A stretch of 64,000 bases of DNA from Myxococcota bacterium (lineage in GTDB: Bacteria; Myxococcota_A; UBA9042; PHBI01; JAWLBL01). This document shows positions 8,807 to 24,100 of this stretch, one piece after another. Within the stretch, counting starts at the first letter, position 1, and each line of letters starts with the position of its first letter. Under the pieces are notes generated by a model. The model ran no database searches and was not told the DNA's origin. It saw nothing but the letters and a program-made list of their open reading frames with translations. The position numbers and the translations under genes were made by a program. The stretch is taken from contig JAWLBL010000030.1 in NCBI GenBank assembly GCA_041687695.1, forward strand, positions 1 to 64,000, written 5' to 3'.

Positions 8807-10248
8807 GCGGGGTGTCGCGTCGAGACGTCCTGGTGGCCGGGGCGGCGCTGGGCAGCGCGCTGCTGAGCGGGCGGGCCAGGGCCCAGCACGACCACGACCA
8901 CGATCACGGGCCCGAGCCCGAGGCGCCGGCCCCAGCCGTGCCTACCACGCCAGCGCCGTCGTCCGCGCCGGCGCCTCCCACGCCCGCGTCGGACCAGGGG
9001 GGACACGGCGGCCATGGGGCCTCGGGCCCGCACCCGCCGCCCCGGCGCACGCCTCGGCCCACCCCGCCCGGCTGGCGCGACGACGGGACGGTCGTCACGC
9101 CCAACGGCGCCCGCATGCCGTGGCGCGAGGTCGACGGGGTCAAGGTCTTCCACATCGTCGCCGAGCCCATCGTCCACACCTTCGTCGAGGGCCTGACCGT
9201 CGAGTGCGTCGGCTACAACGGGCGCACGCCGGGGCCGACCATCGAGGTCACTCAAGGCGACCGCTGCCGCTTCTACGTGACCAACCGGCTGTTCGCCGAG
9301 ACGACCGTCCACTGGCACGGTCTGCTGGTGCCCAACGGCATGGACGGCGTCGGGGGGCTGACCCAGCCTTCGATCCCGCCCGGCGAGACCTTCGTCTACG
9401 AGTTCACCTTCGACAACGCCGGCACCTTCATGTACCACGCGCACTTCGATGAGATGACCCAGATCGCCCTGGGGCTGATGGGCATGATCGTCGTCCACCC
9501 TCGGCGGCGGCCGCCGCGGCGCGTACGCGACTACGCGCTGATGCTGCACGAGTGGCGCGTCGAGCCGGGGGCGGCGCGGCCCAACCCGCTGGAGATGCTG
9601 GAGTTCAACGTCCTGACGATGAACAGCCGCGTCTTCCCGGGCACCGAGCCGCTGGTGGCCGAGCGCGGCGACCTGGTCCGCGTCCGGCTGGGCAACCTGA
9701 GCGTGCAGAACCACCACCCCATCCACCTGCACGGCTTCCACTTCCAGCTGGTCGAGACCGACGGCGGGCCCGTCCCGCCGAGCGCGCGCTGGCCGCTGGC
9801 GACCATCCTGGTGCCGGTCGGGACCGTGCGCGTCTTCGAGTTCGTGGCCGACGCGCCGGGCGACTGGGCCATGCACTGCCACATGCTGCACCACGTCATG
9901 AACCAGATGGGGCACGACCTCCCGAACATGGTCGGGGCCCAGGCGGCCGCGGCCCACCGGCGCATCTCGGCGCTGGTCCCCGGCTACATGGGCATGGGGC
10001 AGGACGGGATGAGCGGCATGGGCGAGGCGCACATGCCGGTGCCCGAAAACAGCATCCCCATGAAGGGCGGCGCGGGGCCGTTCGGCTTCATCGACATGGG
10101 CGGCATGATGACCATCGTCAAGGTGCGCGACCGGCTGCCCGCCTCGGGCGACCCCGGGTGGTACCAGCACCCGCCCGGGGCGGTGGCCTGGGCGGCGAGC
10201 CCGGCCGAGCTGCGCCGCGACGGCATCGATCCCGACGTGCAGCCGTGA
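8803..10248 (+). CDS. Tat-exported two-domain multicopper oxidase with Met-rich C-terminus
   Basis: SRRDVL Tat motif; VHWHG, MYHAH, HPIHLHG and HCHMLHHVMNQM in canonical order. Confidence 0.9.
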   Translation: MSGVSRRDVLVAGAALGSALLSGRARAQHDHDHDHGPEPEAPAPAVPTTPAPSSAPAPPTPASDQGGHGGHGASGPHPPPRRTPRPTPPGWRDDGTVVTPNGARMPWREVDGVKVFHIVAEPIVHTFVEGLTVECVGYNGRTPGPTIEVTQGDRCRFYVTNRLFAETTVHWHGLLVPNGMDGVGGLTQPSIPPGETFVYEFTFDNAGTFMYHAHFDEMTQIALGLMGMIVVHPRRRPPRRVRDYALMLHEWRVEPGAARPNPLEMLEFNVLTMNSRVFPGTEPLVAERGDLVRVRLGNLSVQNHHPIHLHGFHFQLVETDGGPVPPSARWPLATILVPVGTVRVFEFVADAPGDWAMHCHMLHHVMNQMGHDLPNMVGAQAAAAHRRISALVPGYMGMGQDGMSGMGEAHMPVPENSIPMKGGAGPFGFIDMGGMMTIVKVRDRLPASGDPGWYQHPPGAVAWAASPAELRRDGIDPDVQP

Positions 10249-10298
10249 GACCTCGTGTCTGTCCGCGAGCGCAGCGCCGCCCCGTGGCGCGAGCCGGG

Positions 10299-10503
10299 GC
10301 CGGCTGGAAGAGGGTGTCGTATCGATGCCGGCTGAGGCGGCCATGGAGTGCTCCGGCTTGCCGGAGCCCCGGCCCCGGCGGCTTGCCGCCGGGATCTGGC
10401 CGCCAAACCCGGCGCAGCAAGCTGCGCCGGATGGGGGCTCCACCAAGGTGGAGCACTCCGGTTGGGCTTCTGCGACACCCTCTGGAAGCCGGCGATCCCA
10501 GGG
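10299..10503. mobile_element. MITE-like element (10310-10482) inserted in a REP hairpin, copy 2
   Basis: Terminal inverted repeats GAGGGTGTCG (10310-10319) and CGACACCCTC (10473-10482). Direct repeat TGGAA at 10305-10309 and 10483-10487. Excision restores GCCGGC-TGGAA-GCCGGC. Confidence 0.75.
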
Positions 10504-10552
10504 TCGGCGTCGGTGCCCGCTGGAGTGCCCGCGCTCGCGCGGGCTCGTTGGA

Positions 10553-10861
10553 TCAGCGCCGCTCGCGGCGCTCGGAAAGCATCTTGATTCTGAGGCCTTG
10601 TCCTCGGATCGACCGCTGAGGGGAACGGCTGACGTCCAAGCGCCTGACCGTCACGCGGCGGACCGCTTCGAGCGTAATCGGGCGCGCATCCGGGCCGACC
10701 TCGAAGACGGGGAACCCACCGTGGGCGTGGACGCCGGGAGCGCTGGAGAGCGCCTTGGGCATCAGCTCGGAGGCGACCCGACCCATGGGGACGCGGCGTG
10801 CTTCGGCGAGGCGCTTCACGGCGCGAAGCGCATCGTCGTCGATTCGGAGCGTGGTGCGCAT
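10553..10861 (-). pseudogene. VapB/CopG-like ribbon-helix-helix antitoxin, orphan, probably a decayed toxin-antitoxin pair
   Basis: MRTTLRIDDDAL...GFPVFEVGPDARPITLEAVRR; no intact toxin gene follows. Confidence 0.6.
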
Positions 10862-10922
10862 GCTGAGAGGTCGGTGCACCGATGTCCTGACGTCCAGGTG
10901 CGGCGCCTTCGACCGGGCTCCG

Positions 10923-13280
10923 CTATCGGAGGGGGGCCCGGCGCAGGCGTAGGGCGTTGGCGACGACCGAGACCGAGCTGAAGCTCATCGCGGCGGCGGC
11001 GAACATCGGGCTCAGCAGCAGGCCGAAGAACGGGTAGAGCAGGCCGGCCGCGATGGGGACGCCCAGGGCGTTGTAGCCGAAGGCGAACCACAGGTTCTGC
11101 TTGATGTTGCGCAGGGTGGCGCGGCTCAGGGCGCGGGCGTCGGCGATGGCGCCCAGATCGCCGCGGACCAGGGTGACCCCGGCGCTCTCCATGGCGACGT
11201 CGGTGCCCGTGCCCATCGCCAGGCCGACGTCGGCGCGGGCCAGGGCCGGCGCGTCGTTGATGCCGTCGCCGGCCATGGCCACCACGCGGCCCTCGCGCTG
11301 CAGACGCTCGACCACGGCGGCCTTGTCGTCGGGGCGGACCTCGGCGATGACCTCGTCGAGATCCAGCCGCCGCGCGACCGCCTCGGCCGTGGTGCGGCTG
11401 TCGCCGGTCAACATCACCAGCCGCAGGCCGTCGGCGTGCAGGCGGGCGATGGCCTCGGGCGTGGTCTCCTTGACCGGGTCGGCCACCGCGACCAGGCCCG
11501 CCGGCGCGTCGTCCACCGCCACGAACATCACCGTCTGGCCGTCGCGCCGGCCCGCCTCGGCGGCCTCGACCAGCGGGCCGAAGGCGACGCCGCGCTGGGC
11601 CATCAGGGCCGCGTTGCCCAGCGCGACCTGGCGGCCCTCGACCTGTCCCATGACCCCAAGCCCGGTCAGCGATTCGAAGCCGGCGGTTTGTCCCAGGGTC
11701 ACCCCGCGCGCCTCGGCGCCTTCGACGATGGCCGCGGCCAGCGGGTGCTCGCTCGCCCGCTCGAGGGTCGCCGCCAGGCGCAGTAGATCGGCCTCGTCCC
11801 AGCCGGGCGCCGCCGTCACCCTGGCCAGGCGCGGGCGGCCCTCGGTCAGGGTGCCGGTCTTGTCGACCACCAGCGTGTCCACCGCGCGCAGGCGCTCGAT
11901 GGCCTCGGCGTTCTTGAACAGCACGCCCATCGTGGCCCCGCGCCCGGCGGCGACCATGATCGACATCGGGGTCGCCAGGCCCAGGGCGCAGGGGCAGGCG
12001 ATGATCAGGACCGCCACCGCGTTGACCAGCGCGAAGGTCAGCGCCGGGTCGGGCCCGAAGAGGGCCCAGACGATGAAGGTCGCCACCGCTATGAGGACCA
12101 CCGCCGGGACGAACCAGGCGGCGACCAGATCGGCCAGGCGCTGGATGGGCGCCCGGCTGCGCTGCGCGTCGGCCACCATCTGCACGATGCGCGACAGCAG
12201 CGTGTCGGCGCCGACCTTGTCGGCCCGCATCACTAGGGCGCCGGTGCCATTGATGGTGGCGCCGATCAGCCCGTCGCCGGCGCGCTTTTCGACCGGCATG
12301 GGCTCGCCGGTGACCATCGCCTCGTCGACGCTGCTCGCGCCCTCCAGGACCACGCCGTCGACCGGGACCTTCTCGCCCGGCCGCACGCGCAGGCGGTCGC
12401 CCGGGTGGACGCGCTCGAGCGGGACGTCCTCCTCGCGCCCGTCGTCGGTCAGCCGGCGCGCCGCCTTGGGCGCGAGGCCCAGCAGGGCCTTGATGGCGGC
12501 GCCGGTGCGGCTGCGGGCGCGAAGCTCGAGCACCTGCCCCAGCAGCACCAGCGTGACGATGACCGCCGCCGCCTCGAAGTAGACGCCGACCGCGCCGCCG
12601 TGGCTGCGGAAGGCCGCCGGGAACAGCCCGGGGGCGACCGTCGCGACCACGCTGTAGACCCAGGCCACCGACACGCCCAGCGCGATGAGCGTGAACATGT
12701 TGAGGTTCCAGGTCACGACCGAGCGCCAGCCGCGCACGAAGAACGGCCAGCCGCCGTACAGGACCACCGGGGTCGCCAGGACCAGCTGGACCCAGGTCAG
12801 GTCCTGCGGCGCCAGCAGGCCGTCCAGCGGCCGGCCGGGCAGCATCTCGCCCATCGACAGCAGCAGCACCGGCAGGGTCAGCGCGGCCGAGACCCAGAAG
12901 CGGCGCGTCATGTCGACCAGCTCCGGGCTGGTCTCCTCCTCGGCGCTGGGCGTCATCGGCTCGAGCGCCATGCCGCAGATGGGGCAAGCGCCGGGCCCGT
13001 CGCGCACGATCTCGGGGTGCATCGGGCAGGTCCACTTGGCCCCGGCGGGGGCCTCGGGCTGGCGCGCAGCCGCCGCCCGCGTGTCCAGGTAGGCCGCCGG
13101 GTCGGCCGCGAAGCGATCGCGGCACTTCGCGCTGCAGAACAGGACCTCGCGGCCCTCGTGCGCCAGCCGGTAGGGCGTCTCGGGGCCGATCTGCATGCCG
13201 CACACCGGGTCGACGCCGGTGACCTGGTCCGTCGGTCCGTGGGGCTGGGCCGAGCCGTGTCCGTGGTGCTGGTGGGTCAT
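10923..13280 (-). CDS. copA: Cu(I)-translocating P1B-type ATPase with His-rich, YHS and CPMHP metal-binding N-terminus
   Basis: DPVCGM...[14 protein letters not shown]...[38 protein letters not shown] and MSFSS. Confidence 0.92.
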   Translation of the reverse strand: MTHQHHGHGSAQPHGPTDQVTGVDPVCGMQIGPETPYRLAHEGREVLFCSAKCRDRFAADPAAYLDTRAAAARQPEAPAGAKWTCPMHPEIVRDGPGACPICGMALEPMTPSAEEETSPELVDMTRRFWVSAALTLPVLLLSMGEMLPGRPLDGLLAPQDLTWVQLVLATPVVLYGGWPFFVRGWRSVVTWNLNMFTLIALGVSVAWVYSVVATVAPGLFPAAFRSHGGAVGVYFEAAAVIVTLVLLGQVLELRARSRTGAAIKALLGLAPKAARRLTDDGREEDVPLERVHPGDRLRVRPGEKVPVDGVVLEGASSVDEAMVTGEPMPVEKRAGDGLIGATINGTGALVMRADKVGADTLLSRIVQMVADAQRSRAPIQRLADLVAAWFVPAVVLIAVATFIVWALFGPDPALTFALVNAVAVLIIACPCALGLATPMSIMVAAGRGATMGVLFKNAEAIERLRAVDTLVVDKTGTLTEGRPRLARVTAAPGWDEADLLRLAATLERASEHPLAAAIVEGAEARGVTLGQTAGFESLTGLGVMGQVEGRQVALGNAALMAQRGVAFGPLVEAAEAGRRDGQTVMFVAVDDAPAGLVAVADPVKETTPEAIARLHADGLRLVMLTGDSRTTAEAVARRLDLDEVIAEVRPDDKAAVVERLQREGRVVAMAGDGINDAPALARADVGLAMGTGTDVAMESAGVTLVRGDLGAIADARALSRATLRNIKQNLWFAFGYNALGVPIAAGLLYPFFGLLLSPMFAAAAMSFSSVSVVANALRLRRAPLR

Positions 13281-13282
13281 GG

Positions 13283-15607
<2,325 letters not shown>

Positions 15608-15665
15608 CGTCCGTCTCCGTCTCGGGTCTCGCCCCGCCACGCCACGCGGGGGGCTCACCAGGACG

Positions 15666-15691
15666 GACGCGGCCGGACCGATGCGATGACA
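15666..15691 (-). promoter_or_regulatory. candidate ECF sigma promoter TGTCATCGC-N13-CGTC upstream of the ATPase pair
   Basis: The same motif with the same spacing occurs at 27139-27164 upstream of the HMA gene. It lies directly after the ECF sigma stop codon. Confidence 0.65.
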
Positions 15692-15692
15692 G

Positions 15693-16250
15693 TCAGTGCC
15701 CGCAGGTGCAGTCGACGCAGCCCAGCTCGGCGCAGCGCCCGCAGGTCGCCGCCACCCGCTGCTTGAGCGCCTGCCGCGCCCGGAAGACGCGCTGCGCCGC
15801 GTTGGCCCGCGTGACCCCCGCCTCGTCGGCGAAGTCCTTGACCGCCACCCCGTCCACCTCGATGCGCTGCAGCGCCTCGGCGTACTCGGGCTTCAGCTCG
15901 CCCGCGAGGCGGCTCACGCAGCGGCACACCGATTCGGCCAGCGCCTCGGGCGGGTCGTCGACCGCGGCGATGCCCTCGAGCTCGCGGCTCAGCGCCTCGC
16001 TGGCCCGCTGGGCGCTGGCCTTGCGCCGCCGCCAGTCGATGGCCGCGTTGCGCAGGGTCGCATGGAACCAGCCCATGACGGCCTCGCCCTCTCGCAGCGT
16101 CGCCGCCCGCGTGATGGCCCGCGCGAAGGCCTCCTGCAGCAGATCCTCGGCTACGGCCCGGTCTCCGACCCGCCGCTCGAGGAAGCCCAGGAAGGCGTCC
16201 CGCTCGGCCATCAGCCGCGCCATGACCTCGTTCGTCCGTGCGTCGCTCAT
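15693..16250 (-). CDS. corE: ECF sigma factor with C-terminal Cys-rich domain (CorE-like, metal-activated)
   Basis: Sigma2 region [17 protein letters not shown], a CRC motif before sigma4, and C-terminal [14 protein letters not shown]. Confidence 0.8.
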   Translation of the reverse strand: MSDARTNEVMARLMAERDAFLGFLERRVGDRAVAEDLLQEAFARAITRAATLREGEAVMGWFHATLRNAAIDWRRRKASAQRASEALSRELEGIAAVDDPPEALAESVCRCVSRLAGELKPEYAEALQRIEVDGVAVKDFADEAGVTRANAAQRVFRARQALKQRVAATCGRCAELGCVDCTCGH

Positions 16251-16260
16251 CGCTCCCTCC

Positions 16261-19410
<3,150 letters not shown>

Positions 19411-19414
19411 GGCG

Positions 19415-21190
19415 CTACCTCCCCGCCCGCGGCGCGTGCCGCACGGCGCCCAGGCCGCGCACGGTGACCCGCTCGCCCGGGGCGAGGCCGCCGGTCACCT
19501 CGACCCGCCCTCCGTCGCGCCGGCCCAGCGCCACCTCGCGCGCCTCGAACCGCTCGGGCGCGGTGTGCACGAAGACCAGCCGCCGGCCCTCGACCTCGAG
19601 CACGGCCGCCTCGGGGACGGCCAGCGTCTCGCGGGGCGCCCCCGCCGTCAGCGCCACCCCGGCGAACATCCCGGCCTTGAGCCGCTCGGCCCCCTCGCGG
19701 ACCTCGAAGAGCACCTCGAGCGTCCGCGTCGCCGGGTCGACCGCCTCCCCGACCGCCACCCGCCGCCCGGCGAAGCGCTCGCCAGGCCACGCCTGCACCG
19801 TCACCTGGGCGGCCTCGCTGGCCAGGGCCCGCCCCACGTCGGCCTCGAAGACCCGCGCGCGGGCCCACACCACCGACGGGTCGACCACCGTCCACAGGGC
19901 CTGCCCGGGCTCGACCACCTCGCCGGCGCTGGCCCCGACGGCGGTCACGACGCCCGCGATGGGCGCCCGCACCTCGAGCCGCGCCGTCGCGCCCGCCTCG
20001 CTGAAGGCCGCCCCGGCCGCCCGCGCCGCCTTGACCTCGGCCTGCGCCCCCGCCAGCTCGGCCTCCGCCGCCTCGACATCGCGCCGCGCCACGATGCCCT
20101 CGAGCCCGCGCAGCCGCTCGAGCTGCTTCTTCGCCGCCGCGGCCCGCGCCGATGCAGCCTGCGCCTCGGCCGCGGCCCGTCCGCGTTCGCTCGCGAAGCT
20201 GGCCCGCTCGGTCGCCCCGAGCACCGCCTCGACCACCCCCAGCACCTGCCCGCGCTCGACCCGCTCGCCCACCGTCGGCAGCCGCCCGCCCTCGCCCGCC
20301 GTTCGCAGCTGGCCACCCTGCGGGGCCAGCACGCCGGCCTTGCGATCGGGCGGGGTCACCACCTCGCCCGTGACCTCCAGCCGCTCCACCAGCGCCGCCG
20401 GCGCCGCCAGCGCGGTCTCGACCTCGAGCAGGAACTGCGTCTCCTTGCGGACGACCTGACCCGACCCGCCGCCTGAGCGCGCGAGCGGCGCGGAGACCAC
20501 CGGAGCCTCGTGCGCGTGGTCGTCGCCGCCGTGGGCCATGGCCCGCCAGCCGCCCATCGCCAGCACCGGCGCGACCACCGCGCCGGCCAACGCTGCGATC
20601 TTCACCGCCCGCCGCCCCGCGACGTAGGCCACCCACAACAACAGCAGCAGGGCCAGCGCCCCGCTGGCCGTCCAGACGTTCAACCACCCGTGCGCGTGGT
20701 CGCCGTGGTCGTGGTCCTGGTCGTGGTCGTCGTGTCCGGTCGCCACGGCGGCGGACGGCCCCACCTCGACGCCCGGCACGGCCAACACCTCGGCCTGGCC
20801 CCCGCCGACCGCCGTGACCGTCAGAGCGTACCGGCCCGGCGTCGGGAAGGCGACGCTGGCCTCGTAGATCCCGGCGGCCCCGGTCGCCTCCGCGTGCGCC
20901 TCGACCGAGCCCGGCCCCGCGAAGCTCAGGTCCAGGTCCAGCCCGGCGATCGGCCGGTTGGTGGCCCAGTCCGCGACGAACAGGCGCATCGGCACGGCCT
21001 GGCCCGCCTCGGTGGCCGGCCATCGCACCAGCAGCTCGAGATCGCGGCTCGCCGCCTCGGCCGTCCGCTCCTCGGTCGTCGCGCTCGGCGGCGGAATCGG
21101 CGCCCCGTGGTCGTGGCCTTCGTGGGCCCCGGCCGAGCCGGCCAGGCCGAGCACCAGCGCGGCCACCATCGTCGTCAACGTCCGCTTCAT
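19415..21190 (-). CDS. RND periplasmic adaptor (CusB/CzcB-like) with extra N-terminal Ig-like, His-rich and TM region
   Basis: Signal peptide then AHEGHDHG; C-terminal MFP motifs VRAPIAGVV, VDPATRTLEV and LKAGMF. Confidence 0.85.
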   Translation of the reverse strand: MKRTLTTMVAALVLGLAGSAGAHEGHDHGAPIPPPSATTEERTAEAASRDLELLVRWPATEAGQAVPMRLFVADWATNRPIAGLDLDLSFAGPGSVEAHAEATGAAGIYEASVAFPTPGRYALTVTAVGGGQAEVLAVPGVEVGPSAAVATGHDDHDQDHDHGDHAHGWLNVWTASGALALLLLLWVAYVAGRRAVKIAALAGAVVAPVLAMGGWRAMAHGGDDHAHEAPVVSAPLARSGGGSGQVVRKETQFLLEVETALAAPAALVERLEVTGEVVTPPDRKAGVLAPQGGQLRTAGEGGRLPTVGERVERGQVLGVVEAVLGATERASFASERGRAAAEAQAASARAAAAKKQLERLRGLEGIVARRDVEAAEAELAGAQAEVKAARAAGAAFSEAGATARLEVRAPIAGVVTAVGASAGEVVEPGQALWTVVDPSVVWARARVFEADVGRALASEAAQVTVQAWPGERFAGRRVAVGEAVDPATRTLEVLFEVREGAERLKAGMFAGVALTAGAPRETLAVPEAAVLEVEGRRLVFVHTAPERFEAREVALGRRDGGRVEVTGGLAPGERVTVRGLGAVRHAPRAGR

Positions 21191-22482
21191 CGCGTCCCTC
21201 CTTCGTCCTCGGCGGCCGTCCCGACCGCCCGGGCCAGCGCCAGCCGCGCCGCGGCCAGCTCGATGCGGGCCTCGGCGCGCGCCAGCTCGGCCCGCACCAG
21301 CCGGTCCCGTTGGTTCAGGTAGCTCTCCAGCGACAGCGCGCCCGCCTCGTAGCCGCGGGCCAACCACGCCAGCGTCTCGGCCACCGCCGGCTCCGTCTCG
21401 GCCCAGGCCGCGGCCCGCGCGCGGGCGGCCTCGAGCCGCGTCCACGCCTGCCGCACCTGCTGCGCCACGGCCACCCGCAGCGCCTCGACGTCGGCCTGGG
21501 CCGCCCGTCGCTCCGCCCGCGCCGCCGTCACCTCGGCCGCCCCCGAGCCCCACAGGGGCAGCGGCACCGACACCGACAGCTCGATCCGCTGCTCGGCCTC
21601 GCGGGTGAACGGTCCGTCGACCTCCTCGCCCTCACGCGCCCAGCCCAGCCCGACCGTCGGGACGGGGATGCGGTCGCGCTCGGCGCCGCGCACCGCGTGC
21701 CCGGCGGCCTCGACCTCGCGCTCGGCCGCGGCCAGCTCGGCCCGGCGGGCCACCGCCGTCGCCACCAGAGCCGCCTCGTCGTCCGCCATCGGGCCGCCGA
21801 TCTCGGGATCCACCTCGCCTACGGCGCACGGCTCCAGCGCCAGCCGGCCACACAGCGCCAGCTCGGCCAGGCGGGCCTCGCGCTCGGCCTCCAGCGCCTC
21901 GGCCCGGGCCGCCGCCGCCTCGACCTTCGCCAGGTTCAGCGCCGACGGCGGCAGCTGCCCGGCCTCGACCTGCGCGCCGGTCGCGCGGACCACCTCGTCC
22001 GCGAGCGCGGTCAGGTCCTGGCGCATCGCCGCCACCGCCCGCGCCCCTTGCAGGCGGGCCGCGCGCTCGCCGGCGTCCAGCCGCAGGGCCTGCCGGGCCG
22101 CATCCAGCCGCGCCTCGGCGGCGCGCACCCGAGCGCGCTGCTCGGCCACCCGCGCCTGGCGGGTCCCGAAGACGGGCAGCGCCTGCCGCACCCCGACGGC
22201 CACCTCCGAGCGCCCCTCGGCCCACGGCGCGCCCACGCCGATCTCGGCCTCCAGCTCGGGGTTGGGCAGCGCGCGCTCGGCGGCGGACAGCTCGGCCTCG
22301 GCGCGAGCCAGCTCGGCCCGGGCGCGGGCGACGGCCGGCGAGCGGGCCTCGGCTTCGCCGACGAGGCGCGCCCAGGGTGTGACCGAATCGGTCTCGCCCC
22401 CCGGCGGCAGGGCCCGCGCCGGCAGCGCGGCGGCCAGCAAAGCCAGGGTCAACAGGGCGGTGAGCGGGGTAGGGACGTTCAT
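21187..22482 (-). CDS. TolC/CzcC-family outer membrane factor
   Basis: LPNPELE, SVSVPLPLW and GYEAGALSL; first gene of the CBA operon. ATG 22482 chosen because it lies downstream of the sigma54 motif. Confidence 0.85.
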   Translation of the reverse strand: MNVPTPLTALLTLALLAAALPARALPPGGETDSVTPWARLVGEAEARSPAVARARAELARAEAELSAAERALPNPELEAEIGVGAPWAEGRSEVAVGVRQALPVFGTRQARVAEQRARVRAAEARLDAARQALRLDAGERAARLQGARAVAAMRQDLTALADEVVRATGAQVEAGQLPPSALNLAKVEAAAARAEALEAEREARLAELALCGRLALEPCAVGEVDPEIGGPMADDEAALVATAVARRAELAAAEREVEAAGHAVRGAERDRIPVPTVGLGWAREGEEVDGPFTREAEQRIELSVSVPLPLWGSGAAEVTAARAERRAAQADVEALRVAVAQQVRQAWTRLEAARARAAAWAETEPAVAETLAWLARGYEAGALSLESYLNQRDRLVRAELARAEARIELAAARLALARAVGTAAEDEGGTR

Positions 22483-22495
22483 GCCGCCGGAACAA

Positions 22496-22511
22496 AGCAG
22501 CTTCCGTGCCA
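22496..22511 (-). promoter_or_regulatory. sigma54 (-24/-12) promoter TGGCACGGAAGCTGCT
   Basis: GG-N10-GC with a perfect TGGCACG; adjacent to a divergent sigma54 activator operon. Confidence 0.8.
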
Positions 22512-22574
22512 CTTCGAATCCCCGCGCCACGTCTGGTCCTGTGAGCCGTCGCGGCGCCACGCCGGGTGCGCAGG

Positions 22575-22613
22575 TGAGACCCGGCTCGTCATAGCGTGAC
22601 CGACTCGGTTACA
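22575..22613. promoter_or_regulatory. candidate upstream activator sites: two 17-bp TG-N13-CA boxes
   Basis: TGAGACCCGGCTCGTCA (22575-22591) and TGACCGACTCGGTTACA (22597-22613), 22 bp apart and about 90-130 bp upstream of the predicted sigma54 start. Confidence 0.5.
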
Positions 22614-22645
22614 GTCCGGCGCCACCCCGCGCGCCCGAGGTCCCC

Positions 22646-24100
22646 ATGCTGCCCCGCGGCATCCGCCGACGCATCTTCGCCGCCTTCGCCGTCCTGGTCG
22701 CCTTCGTGGCCGCCGCGGCGGGCTTCGCGCTGGTGCAGCACGACGAGTACCACGCCCTGCTGGACGACGTGGCGCACGCCGAGGAGGTCATCCACGCGTC
22801 GCTCGAGCTGGGGGGCGCGGTGCGCGACCAGTACGCCCACGAGGCGCACACCCTCATCCTGGGCAACACCAGCCACCACGGGCACCACGCCGAGGCGGTG
22901 GCGCGGGTCGAGGCAGCGCTGGTGGCGCTGCGTCGGCAAGTCGCGACCGAGACCGAGCGCGCCGCGGTGGAGGCGCTGGCCGAGACGACGCGGGCGCTGC
23001 GCCGCAACTACGACGAGAAGATCCTGCCGCGCCTGGGCGGCGGCTCGGTGGCCCTCGCCGAAGCCCACGCGCGCGCGCTGGGCCTGGTGGACGACGCCCT
23101 GAGCCGCCTCGACGCGCTGACGGCGCCCCATCGCGCGCGCGTCGCCGCGGCGCCGGTCCATTCGCACGCTGGGCGCTGGGAGGACGCGGGGCGGTCGCTG
23201 CTGTTCGTCCTGGCGGCGCTGGTCTTCGCGGCCGCGGTGGGCTTCTACGTCGACCGCTCCATCACCGAGCCGCTCCGGCGCCTCGAGGAGGGCGCCGCGC
23301 GGCTGGCGACCGGCGACCTCGCCACGCGCGTGGCCGAGGGGCGCGACGACGAGCTGGGTGTGCTGGCGCGCGCCTTCAACCGCATGGCCGAGGAGCTGGC
23401 GGCTCGGCAGGCGCGCCTGGTCGAGACCGAGAAGCTGGCGGGGTTGGGGCGGTTGGGCGCGGGCGTCGCCCACGAGATCAACAACCCGCTGGCGGTCATC
23501 TTGGGATACGCGCGCCTGCTCAGCCGTCACCCGGACGCCCAGGTGGCCGCCGACGCCGGGCAGATCGCGGCCGAGGCCGAGCGCTGCCGGGCCATCGTTG
23601 CGGATCTCTTGGATCTGGCGCGGCCGGCGCGGCTGCACCCGGGGCCGGTGGAGCTCGTCGAGCTGGCGCGCGAGGTGGCCGAGCAGCTGCCTCAGGCCGG
23701 CCTCGAGGCCGACTGCGTGGTCGAGGGCGACGCCGAGGTCGAGGTCGAGGGCGACGCCGGGCGTCTGCGTCAGATCGTCTGGAACCTGGTGCGCAACGCG
23801 GCCGAAGCGGCCCCCGCGGGCACGGTGCGCGTCACGGTGAGCCGCGACGGCGACGGGGCCCTCCTGCGCGTCACCGACGAGGGCCCGGGGGTCCCGGCGG
23901 CGGCGCGCGCCACCCTGTTCGAGCCGTTCCAGACCACCAAGGACGGCGGCACCGGCCTGGGGCTGGCCGTCTCGGCGGCCCTGGCCCGCGCCCACGGGGG
24001 CGAGCTGACCCTGGCCGACGAGCCCGGGCCTGGGGCCTGCTTCGTCCTGCGGCTGCCGGCCCAGGTCCCCGTCGCCGGCCCGATCCACGAGGCCGCATGA
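22646..24100 (+). CDS. HAMP sensor histidine kinase with His-rich periplasmic domain (possibly CorS-like)
   Basis: Two TM segments; DQYAHEAH...SHHGHH; HAMP motif DELGVLARAFNRM; AHEINNPL; GTGLGL. Confidence 0.9.
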   Translation: MLPRGIRRRIFAAFAVLVAFVAAAAGFALVQHDEYHALLDDVAHAEEVIHASLELGGAVRDQYAHEAHTLILGNTSHHGHHAEAVARVEAALVALRRQVATETERAAVEALAETTRALRRNYDEKILPRLGGGSVALAEAHARALGLVDDALSRLDALTAPHRARVAAAPVHSHAGRWEDAGRSLLFVLAALVFAAAVGFYVDRSITEPLRRLEEGAARLATGDLATRVAEGRDDELGVLARAFNRMAEELAARQARLVETEKLAGLGRLGAGVAHEINNPLAVILGYARLLSRHPDAQVAADAGQIAAEAERCRAIVADLLDLARPARLHPGPVELVELAREVAEQLPQAGLEADCVVEGDAEVEVEGDAGRLRQIVWNLVRNAAEAAPAGTVRVTVSRDGDGALLRVTDEGPGVPAAARATLFEPFQTTKDGGTGLGLAVSAALARAHGGELTLADEPGPGACFVLRLPAQVPVAGPIHEAA

